Shown here one piece after another: positions 8,583 through 17,549 of a stretch of DNA of 64,000 nucleotides (the first letter of the stretch is position 1; each line of letters starts with the position of its first letter). The stretch is taken from the NCBI GenBank assembly GCA_002269645.1, contig NIVC01000103.1:1-64000 (forward strand). Direction: 5' to 3'. The DNA comes from Macrostomum lignano (Eukaryota). The notes under the pieces were generated by a model. It had not been told where the DNA came from. It saw only the letters and a list, made by a program, of their open reading frames with translations, and did no database searches. The translations under genes were made by a program, and so were the position numbers.

Positions 8583-10165
8583 AGGAGGATTGTTAGATGT
8601 TCAAAAAGGATTAACAAGCTTACCACCAATCTTTACTACTGGAAGGTATACAAATGAATTACACATCCCATCTTACAACTTCGCGGGTGGAGCTCGAGCT
8701 GTGCCCGAGTGGTAGATGCAAAGCTACTGCTAGTCACTATTAGTGGCAACACCAGCCGCTCACTCAATCCCCTAAAGCTTCAAGTACCACTTTGTTTTCG
8801 AAAGATTACAAAGGAACAGAGGTAACTCCTCTTCCCAACGGTAACAAGCTTGAAGATAAATATATGGGCAAGAGTGAATCGAAAACCTAACCTCATATGA
8901 CTTGAGTATGGTTGAGATGCAACGACTGTACGCTGGTGGGCTTGAAGGACTTAGTCAATCCTTATGATAGCTTAAGACACAGTCTACTCCTTTGTGAAAG
9001 CAAAGGTATAAAGGCCGGGTTGACTCGACTCGATCTCCGATTAAATCCTGATAATACTCCAAAAGCCGATTCAATTCCCATTAACGGTATTGATTGGTTA
9101 GCATACTATCATGACTTAGCATACAGAGATGCTGATAAGAACTCACCCGAGGAAGCATTAAGATTAAAACATGAAGCCGATCAAAAAATGATTCAAGGAT
9201 TAGATAACTTGCAGGGATTATCAGTAGGTCAGAGATTAACTAGGTGGATGGTTAAAAAGATTTTGCAGTCTAAAGTTAAATTTGGTTTGGGAATTAATTA
9301 TAATCAACATGGAAATAATTGTGTTGAGTGTTTGTTGTTAAGTGGCGGTGGGTTAAGTTCTGATGAGGCAAAGATTCTTCATAAAGAATATCGAAAACCT
9401 AAATTTTATAGAAAAATCATGAACTTCAAAAAGAACGAAATTTGGTATGCTGATTTAATGTCGATGCCGAAAGATCTGGGATATAAATATATCTTAACCA
9501 TATTAGATGGTTTTACTCGATACGCGTGGGCTGTTCCTTTAAGATCCAAAAAGGGAGAGGAGGTTGCTGCTGCTTTTAGAAGTCTTGGAGAAAAAAGCGA
9601 ACGTTTGTGTGTTGACGAAGGAAAAGAATTTTACAATCCTCATATGTATAAATTATATCATTTTGAAAAAGGACAAGAAAGGAAAAAGGACGCGAATGGG
9701 GAGTATATTAATAAAATTTATTCTATTTATGGAGAGAGTAAAAACGCATTAATAGAAAGATTTAATCGAACTTTAGGTAAGAAATTGTGGTTTCAGTTTA
9801 GTCTTAATGGAAACCAAAAATGGGTAAAAATATTACCAGACGTTGTAAAAGATTATAACAATTCATATCATTCGGCCATAAAGATGGCTCCTCAACAAGC
9901 TTATAACAATCCTGAAAACGTTAGGGTTACTTTTGGAGATTTTGAAAAAAATAAAAAGAAATCTTTTAAGGTTGGTGATTCTGTTTATATCTATAAATGG
10001 AAAGATAAGTTTGAAAAAGGAAGAAAAGGATATTGGAAGATAAGTGAGAAATTTACTATCAGTAAAGTTTTAAATACCAATCCTACAACCTATATAATTG
10101 CTGATAAGGACGGTGAAGAAATATTGGGTTCGTTTTATGAGAACCAACTAATATCAGCGAACTAA
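8530..10165 (+). CDS. PLA2 (parvovirus VP1u-like)-retroviral integrase fusion; exon 1 8530-8688, group I intron, exon 2 ~9014-10165
   Basis: Exon 1 ends LHIPSYNFAG. Exon 2 gives (A/P)G-L-TRLDLRL...PINGIDWLAYYHDLAY (PLA2 HD motif), then rve DDE: WYADL, CVDEGKEF, LIERFNRTL, and the Maverick-type C-terminus FKVGDSV...GSFYENQL. Confidence 0.87.
8689..9013 (+). ncRNA. Group I self-splicing intron (ORF-less) inside the PLA2 coding sequence
   Basis: P1 CGGGU(8684-88)/GCCCG(8703-07) with U.G at the splice site; P3 CACCAGC(8750-56)/GCUGGUG(8932-38); P4 UCACUC/GAGUGA; P5abc-like extension; P6 AUC/GAU; P7 A[C]GACUG(8922-28)/CAGUCU(8980-85); J8/7 UAAGACA; P9 CCUUUG-UGAAAG-CAAAGG. The exact omega-G is uncertain (9013, 9014 or 9022). 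Confidence 0.9.
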
Positions 10166-10175
10166 GTTCGAACAA

Positions 10176-10400
10176 TTACTTGAGACAACATGGTAGTAAA
10201 TTTTTTATAACAAACAAAAACAATATTATTACTATAATTGTTACTAATATTATTATTGACATTTGTTCAACTGTTATCAAACTTAAATTTTCATTAAGTT
10301 CATTAATCGGCACATTTCCGATGTAGGAATAGTTTACCTTCATTTTTTTATATATATTTTTCACAATAAATGTCGTTTCTGTTATAGAATAATAGTTCAT
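10176..10400 (-). CDS. Small hypothetical membrane protein
   Basis: 74 aa, C-terminal hydrophobic helix, TAAAAAATG start. Confidence 0.45.
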   Translation of the reverse strand: MNYYSITETTFIVKNIYKKMKVNYSYIGNVPINELNENLSLITVEQMSIIILVTIIVIILFLFVIKNLLPCCLK

Positions 10401-10416
10401 TTTTTAAATATTTTTT

Positions 10417-10731
10417 TCACATAAAAATTTCACTTTCATTCTCTGAATCACTGGTTTCATATGAACTATTTGTTGATTCGGAATCTGTTGATCTAACCTC
10501 CCAATCATCCGAATTTAAATAATCTCCAAGTTGAAATATTAACTCACCCTCTTGTTCTAAATCATACATCTCATCTAGCTCTAATGGATAAAGCTTTAGG
10601 TCATGCTTGTCGTCATATTTTAAATAAACTTCATCAATTATTCCATTCAAAATATGTTGTTTTATTATCTCTGCATTTTTAGCAACAGTCTCAAAAGTAT
10701 CACTAACAGAAAAGGTGTAAACTCGGGTCAT
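10417..10731 (-). CDS. Small acidic hypothetical protein
   Basis: 104 aa, TAAAAATG start, acidic tail. Confidence 0.5.
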   Translation of the reverse strand: MTRVYTFSVSDTFETVAKNAEIIKQHILNGIIDEVYLKYDDKHDLKLYPLELDEMYDLEQEGELIFQLGDYLNSDDWEVRSTDSESTNSSYETSDSENESEIFM

Positions 10732-10788
10732 TTTTAGTAACAGAAAAAGACCCTTCGCGCCTGCGGCGCGGGCAAGGGGTTATAGAGT

Positions 10789-11056
10789 AGTAGTATAGAA
10801 AAAGACGCTTCTAGATCAGACCTTATTTTAATGACCGTTTGTAAGGTCTTAAGAGGGGGGACGCGAGGGGGGTGTTGGGGAGTGTTTGGAAGTGTTGGGA
10901 AGTGATTTTTATTGTTAGGGGTGATTATGGGTGATTAGATGTGTTAAGGGTGTTTAGATGTGTTTTTTTATTTACCCCCCGTGTCCCCCCTCTAGACCCT
11001 TAAAACGGTCATTAAAAAAGTGCTCTGGGTCTAGAAGCGTCTTTTTCTATACTACT
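10789..11056. repeat. Terminal self-inverted repeat (~85-bp arms) at the Polinton right end
   Basis: AGTAGTATAGAAAAAGACGCTTCTAGA (10789-10815) is the exact reverse complement of 11030-11056; further paired blocks TTTTTAATGACCGTTT and GAGGGGGGAC. Confidence 0.9.
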
Positions 11057-11154
11057 ATCGGCCGAGGTTTTTGCTTTTTTATTCGATGCTTTCAAGTATC
11101 TGTTGAAAGACTTTCGTGAATGTGCTTCAGTGCAGTTCTTGAAGGCAATGTCAA

Positions 11155-11590
11155 TCAGATTCTCAGTTGCTGGGCCAGCCTCCTAAATCCTCAGTTGCTG
11201 GGCCAGCCTCCCAGATCCTCAGTTGCTGGGCCAGCCTCCCAGATCCTCAGTTGCTGGGCCAGCCTCCCAGATCCTCAGTTGCTGGGCCAGCCTCACAGAT
11301 CCTCAGTTGCTGGGCCAGCCTCTCAGATCCCCAGTTGCTGGGCCAGCCTCCCAGATCCTCAGTTGCTGGGCCAGCCTCACAGATCCTCAGTTGCTGGGCC
11401 AGCCTCACAGATCCTCAGTTGCTGGGCCAGCCTCTCATATCCCCAGTTGCTGGGCCAGCCTCCCAGATCCTCAGTTGCTGGGCCAGCCTCACAGATCCTT
11501 AGTTGCTGGGCCAGCCTCACAGATCCCCAGTTGCTGGGCCAGCCTCCCAGATCCTCAGTTGCTGTGCCAGTCTCACAGATCCTCAGTTAC
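11155..11590. repeat. 28-bp minisatellite (CTCAGTTGCTGGGCCAGCCTCCCAGATC)n
   Basis: ~15 tandem units; the same family occurs at 44800-45470. Confidence 0.95.
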
Positions 11591-11823
11591 TCGTCAAATA
11601 TTGTAACTTGTATATTTCACGATGCAAGTATTATTAATATTAATATTCTATCCGTTTATTTCAGGCATAAAGCAGCTCCAAAGCATTTTTTACTCCAAGC
11701 CTGGGGTGGGGGGCATTGTGAAAAGCGGGGAAATTCACAGTTTCACTTGAAAACGCCAATATCATGAAGCCAATAATTGTTTGTTTAATTTGCTCCAGCC
11801 AGCTTCCTGTCAGGTTGATTGAC

Positions 11824-12960
11824 TCAGGCGGCCACTTGGCTTCCAGCTTTGCCAGACACCATCGGATGCAGCTCCATCGGCTCCTCAGCCTCTTCTATAT
11901 TGGCATTGTTGTTGCCGTTGTTGTCGTTTCTGTCCATTTTACCGTCCTCATCATCGTCGCCTTCGATTCGTTTGTCCTTCAGCGACTGGCTGTGCAGCAG
12001 GCGGGCCTTGCGCTCTTTGTTTAGGCAGCTGCAGAACGAGTCCAAGCACACCTCTAGAAATATGGTGTTGAAGAACATGTAGAGGAAGAAGTTGTGCGCT
12101 GAATTCAGCGTCAATAGCAGGTCGGTGACCTCGCGGGCGATCCGCTGTGCGTCTGTGCTGACCTCGTGATAGCCGAGGCCGTACAGAGTCATGGCCGCGT
12201 CGGGCAGGGCGAACACTATGAAGATGCAGATCACGATGATGAGCATGAGGGTGATGCGGTTCCGTGCAGCCAGTCGCCTGTTCGCCCTGGTCCGTCGCAC
12301 GTTGACGATGATGCAGGCGTTCAGCACGATCAACAGCGCCAGAGGGGCGATGCAGCGGAAGCTGGACTGGAAAATTGAATAGGCCCCGGCGAAGTGATTC
12401 TTCCACAGGTCCGTCACGTTCAAAGTGTAGCCACCGTCAATCGCTGGCACCTTGCGGTAGCGCAGGCCGATTGGCACGGTGAGCAGCAGGACGGTCAGGC
12501 CGATCACTAGGCACGCCGTAGTCGCCTTGGCAACGGTGAGGACGCCGCGACACTCCGTCGGATACACAATCATTAGGAAGCGTTCGAAAGCGACTGCCAC
12601 GGTCATCCAGGCTGCCACAGAGGAAGAATACTGCGACAGGAAGTAGCCGAACTGGTAGTAGTTGACGTAGATAAAACTGTCGCCACCGACGGTGAAGTAC
12701 TTGCACAGTACGCTGGCGGTGTACATGAGATCGTTGATCAGCTTGATGAGGTCTCCGAATGCTAGCACCAGCAGGTAGATGTTAGTTGAAGTTCTCATCT
12801 TGGGCTTGACGAACACCATCAGGCAGAGAGTGTTGCCGGCGATGCCCAGTAGGCAGGCCAGCGGCATCAGGCCCGTGCCGATCACCAGCTGCACTATGGA
12901 ATAGGCGCTGCTCTCGTCGCCATTGTCCGAGCTTCTGTTACTGTCGATCGGTGCCAGCAT
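11824..12960 (-). CDS. Class A (rhodopsin-like) peptide GPCR, FMRFamide-receptor-like, single exon
   Basis: Seven hydrophobic segments; GIAGN (TM1), LAFGD (TM2), AFERF (DRY variant), FALPD (TM6), NSAHNFFLY (TM7). Confidence 0.9.
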   Translation of the reverse strand: MLAPIDSNRSSDNGDESSAYSIVQLVIGTGLMPLACLLGIAGNTLCLMVFVKPKMRTSTNIYLLVLAFGDLIKLINDLMYTASVLCKYFTVGGDSFIYVNYYQFGYFLSQYSSSVAAWMTVAVAFERFLMIVYPTECRGVLTVAKATTACLVIGLTVLLLTVPIGLRYRKVPAIDGGYTLNVTDLWKNHFAGAYSIFQSSFRCIAPLALLIVLNACIIVNVRRTRANRRLAARNRITLMLIIVICIFIVFALPDAAMTLYGLGYHEVSTDAQRIAREVTDLLLTLNSAHNFFLYMFFNTIFLEVCLDSFCSCLNKERKARLLHSQSLKDKRIEGDDDEDGKMDRNDNNGNNNANIEEAEEPMELHPMVSGKAGSQVAA

Positions 12961-13905
12961 GGCTCCCAGAGCTTTCTCAAAGGCTAATTACTGTAGTTAG
13001 GAATATCGTGACTGCGGCAGAGTCTCCTGTTGATGCTTTATTTTTATAGTCGAGCCGCCATTCGTCTTACGAGCTCAAATCCTAGTGCTCCTGCAGATTC
13101 CATTGGCTCGCATTTAGACTTGGGGACTTTCTATACTTGCTCTCCCTCCCAATGCCCGTCAGGCTGTCGATCTGCCTTGCTCAGTTAGGCCTGAATCCGC
13201 CCCGCGGCCTGCAAGCTACTCGTATATCTTTTCCGAGGCGATTCTTAGTTTCGTTAATTATCAGGCGCATGCTTTTAGAATAGCCGACTTGTGATTACAG
13301 ATTCAATTTCCGTATTACTCGTAATCTCTGTTCAGACGTTACTGGGCGCTTTGATGTCAGTTGCAGTCGTACTCCTTCCTGCACTGCGCTGGATCGGGAG
13401 AACAGCGTCTTCTTTGAGCTCGGTTCAATTAAGCGGTGCTGTTGAACACGACATCCACGCTAGGTTTAGAATTTCTGCTTTCATCGCCCAGCCGGGAACG
13501 TGAATTAATTGAATTTAGTGAACTCTGTGATTCTCTCATGTCTGACATGCAGCCCCATGGCTTGTTTATCTTTCTCATTATCCGATATATGCCTTTGATT
13601 AGACATTGGACATAGTGCAGCAGGTGTTCAAGGCGCCGAATACATTCTAGCTACTTATTAATTAAATCCTGTTCTTTCGTCTCTCTACGCAGCACAAAAC
13701 AGTTGATTAGACAGTGGCTCTCGTAGCAACTAGCTAACTGAAATTCCTCATACTCGTATTTCAAAGGTGTTATTTTCCAAGCGACTACACTCGAATCTCA
13801 CTTAATCAATTATTTAATATTCGAGATTCGCTAGCGAAGAGCCATTATTAGTGATGAACATGAAAGACAAGTGACGAACACAGCACCCTTAGACCTTAGT
13901 AGTAG

Positions 13906-14321
13906 TATTGGTTTTGTCAGCCTAACTGAGAATAAAGCCATCCAAAGTGAGAATCCTGCCTACGCTGACTGCGAAGGGCCTGGCTGCGTGCAGCCTTAGT
14001 CTATGGGCCATAGACTATAAAGGATAAGCAAAGTGATAAAAAGCCATCCAATGTGAGAATCCTGCCTACGCTGAATACGAAGGGCCTGGCTGCGTGCAGC
14101 CTAGTCTATGAGCCATAGACTATAAAGGACAAGCAAAATAAAAGAATACGACGCACAGACCAATCGATTCTCACATTGGATGGCTTTTTATCACTTTGCT
14201 TGTCCTTTATTGTCTATGGCCCATAGACTAAGGCTGCACGCAGCCAGGCCCTTCGCAGTCAGCGTAGGCAGGATTCTCACTTTGGATGGCTTTATTCTCA
14301 GTTAGGCTGACAAAACCAATA
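13906..14321. mobile_element. Foldback MITE with ~155-bp TIRs and an internal tandem duplication
   Basis: 13906-~14060 is the near-perfect reverse complement of ~14167-14321 (TATTGGTTTTGTCAGCC.../...GGCTGACAAAACCAATA). Confidence 0.8.
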
Positions 14322-14346
14322 GTCATGCACTACGTACATGTACCTC

Positions 14347-14639
14347 CCAAGGACAACTTAAGTAGAAGGACGCAACACTCGAAATCTATGGTAAATGTTT
14401 TGAAGGCAACTCTTCGCAGAAAAAGCTTTATGAATATCGATAGAAATAAGAAAGGCGCAACATATAAAAAGATGAACACTGGATCTGCCTCCTATCGAAA
14501 GCAATAACAATTTTTGTGCTGAAAAATTAAACCTCCTATCTCTGTAGTGTATTTTTCGGCGAAAAGTTGCCTTCAAAACATTTACCATAGATTTCGAGTG
14601 TATAGCGTCCTGTATACATGTTACTTGAGTAGTCCTTGG
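14347..14639. mobile_element. MITE with ~75-bp imperfect TIRs and a 6-bp TSD (TACCTC)
   Basis: CCAAGGAC...CACTCGAAATCTATGGTAAATGTTTTGAAGGCAACT versus its reverse complement at 14560-14639; TACCTC flanks both sides. Confidence 0.75.
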
Positions 14640-15769
14640 TACCTCCTCCAGGTTGATCACAAAGTTCCTTTGCCTTGTCAAACGGGTTCATCTAGAGATA
14701 AAAATGTTTCACTTTTTTCCCTTGATGTCTGCATGGCGAGCAAGAGCTCGAGATGATAATTACATTGATGCTGCGTGTTGCCCGAAGATTTGCGACGGGT
14801 TTAAGCAGCCCCGATCAGCCATCAAAAACATCAATTTAACCCAACCTCTAGTCATCCACGCTTCTTTATAAACGTGCCCTCTATATGCAGCATAAAGGGC
14901 GTTTGTATTTATGTACGAGTACTGTACATCATCATGTACACCAGGTTTGCAAACTTTTTAGCTAGATAAATAATCCAGCTCGTGACCGCGGGTCAGACGG
15001 GAGGACAGGAGAGGAAAGAGGAGATGAGTGAAGAGAGGAGAAACCGAAGCGAGAGAGGACAAATAGGATGAGAGAAAGCTGATAGAGAATATATAGGATC
15101 GGAGAGATAGAATGAGAAATGAAATTAGGGAGAGAAAAAAGAGGAGAGGAGAATGAGATAGAGAAGAAAATGTTGCTGTTGCTAGCCCAACGTCCCCAGC
15201 CTCTGTGCAGGAGCATCGACCCTGCTCACGGTGGCAACTGACTGTCGATTGCCTTGAGTGTGGTCCGGCCGCGCCCCTGCTGCTTTCGGCGCTCGCCTGG
15301 CGCCCCTGCCGCCTTCGGCGCCCTGCTGTCTTCGGTGCCCGGCTGTCTTCGGCGCCCGGTTGTTTTCGGCGCCCGCAGCTCCGCGGTCTTCGGCGCCTCC
15401 GATGCTTTCGGCGCCCGCTCCTCGGCACTCTCGCTGCCTCGGCTATTACCCGACGTTCGGGGCCTAGCTCGGTGCTGGGGGGGGGGGGGGCTGTGTGGCG
15501 GCCGGACTGTACGCGACCGGCAAGCACCAGTGCAGCCGGACTGGAAACCCCCCAACCTCTGTCTAGCTGAGGTGGGGTGGGTGCGCACCAAGCTAGCCGG
15601 GGAGGGGGGTTGGCGCAGCCTATCACGCCACGCCACCTTTTCGCACCTCCCTAGGCCCCGTCAATCTTGTAAATATAAATATATACGCAAAGCAGCACAA
15701 AACCTTCGCTGCCATTTACATCTATTGAACTACGAGGTAAAAGGCCTTCCGCCTCAGAGAGAGAGAGAA

Positions 15770-16800
15770 AAAAAGAGGAGAGGAGATAGAGAAGAAAAGA
15801 GATGACAGAGAAGAGAGGAGAGGACAGCTGAGAAGAGAGGAGAAAAGGGAGAGGACAGCTGAGAAGAGAGGAGAGAAAAGGGAGAGGACAGAGAAGAGAG
15901 GAGAGAAAAGGGAGAGGACAGAGAAGAGAGGGGAGAAAAGGGAGAGGACAGAGAAGAGATGAGAGAAAAGGGAGAGGACAGAGAAGAGAGGAGAGAAAAG
16001 GGAGAGGACAGAGAAGAGAGGAGAGAAAAGGGAGAGAACAGAGAAGAGAGGACAGAAAAGGGAGAGGACAGAGAAGAGAGGAGAGAAAAGGGAGAGGACA
16101 GAGAAGAGAGGAGAGAAAAGGGAGAGGACAGAGAAGAGAGGAGAGAAAAGGGAGAGGACAGAGAAGAGAGGAGAGAAAAGGGAGAGGACAGAGAAGAGAG
16201 GAGAGAAAAGGGAGAGGACAGAGAAGAGAGGAGAGAAAAGGGAGAGGACAGAGAAGAGATGAGAGAAAAGGGAGAGGACAGAGAAGAGAGGAGAGAAAAG
16301 GGAGAGGACAGAGAAGAGATGAGAGAAAAGGGAGAGGACAGAGAAGAGAGGACAGAAAAGGGAGAGGACAGCAGAGAAGAGAGGAGAGAAAAGGGAGAGG
16401 ACAGAGAAGAGAGGAGAGAAAAGGGAGAGGACAGAGAAGAGAGGAGAGAAAAGGGAGAGGACAGCTGAGAAGAGAGGAGAGAAAAGGGAGAGGACAGAGA
16501 AGAGAGGAGAGAAAAGGGAGAGGACAGAGAAGAGAGGAGAGAAAAGGGAGAGGACAGAGAAGAGAGGAGAGAAAAGGGAGAGGACAGAGAAGAGAGGAGA
16601 GAAAAGGGAGAGGACAGAGAAGAGAGGAGATTAAAGGGAGAGAACAGAGAAGAGAGGACAGAAAAGGGAGAGGACAGAGAAGAGAGGAGAGAAAAGGGAG
16701 AGGACAGAGAAGAGAGGAGAGAAAAGGGAGGGGACAGAGAAGAGAGGAGAGAAGACAGTGAGGAGACAAGAGAAGAGGGAGAGAGGACAGAGCTGAGACG
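15770..16800. repeat. 30-bp purine-rich minisatellite (GAGAGAAAAGGGAGAGGACAGAGAAGAGAG)n
   Basis: ~30 tandem units. Confidence 0.95.
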
Positions 16801-17549
16801 AGAGAGAAAACTCTTACCTATATTAGGTTGTGAAGCTAACAAAAATAAAAAGACCCGAGGGCCGGACAGAGCTGCAGCTTCGCGGGCCGCAGTTGTCTAA
16901 ATGGCCTGCAAACTCCGGCCCATACAAACTAATAAGCCAACTGAAAAGTACCGTAAAGTCCGTTAATTAGTGAAATCAAATTCAGTGAAAGATCAAATAA
17001 CTTCACCAATAAAAATTGTCAGAGCCGCTAATTCGGTTTCGTCAGCAGCAAAAAGGACATGAATTATAGTGAACTCAGACCTTACTGCGGTCTGGTGCAA
17101 AGCTATTGCAGTCTAGTAATATTCGAGTAGCTAATTATAACAACTTATAGTTATTAACAACTAATAGCAAAACAGTCAACATAAATTTTAATTAAGCTCG
17201 CTCGCTACAAAGCAGTAAAAGTGGAATACCGCGTAAATGTGCTGAATTATAGCGTCCTTATACATGCTTGGACTTGACTGTAAAAACACGGGGGATTGGA
17301 GAGACAGAGGCAAAGCTGAAGAATTTCCTTTGACCATCGGAGGGAAAAGGCCAATTCAATTCTGCTAAAAGCAGAAGTATCGATTTTCACAAGCTGCCGT
17401 TCCTATTTACTTCATAGGCTTGCGTTTCCTATTTAAATTTTGGCCCATTGGTTTGTTTTTTGAAATGTTTCTTCACGTTTCTTCTTGTTGTCTCTTCAAA
17501 TGCATAGTTGACTTTTGATTTTCATCAAGCCACTGAACTGAATCGTTTG

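Larger units (their letters stand above)
1..11056. mobile_element. Endogenous Polinton/Maverick (adintovirus-like) element, right part; left end and pPolB presumably lie upstream of the window
   Basis: Dense intron-poor AT-rich ORFs: adenain protease, penton, A32 ATPase, MCP, PLA2, rve integrase. Ends ...CTATACTACT at 11056 (Polinton-type AGT/ACT terminus), then an abrupt switch to host-like sequence. Confidence 0.93.

Noticed and set aside
8912-9013. N-terminus MRCNDCTL... of the listed 417-aa ORF
   Set aside because: It lies within the group I intron core (P7-P9) and is a chance open frame; the real start is 8530 with the TAAAAATG motif.
14958-15805. Overlapping GC-rich ORFs (121-222 aa)
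   Set aside because: Low-complexity GGCGCC/TTCGG repeats are open in several frames, with no domain.
15651-16842. Long Leu/Ser/Glu-Arg ORFs
   Set aside because: Translation of the 30-bp minisatellite.
14975-16899. Helitron-like ends around the GA-rich array (hairpin+CTGG; TAGAC...GCCCGCG)
   Set aside because: Resemblance is weak, and neither the A|T insertion site nor a second copy can be shown.
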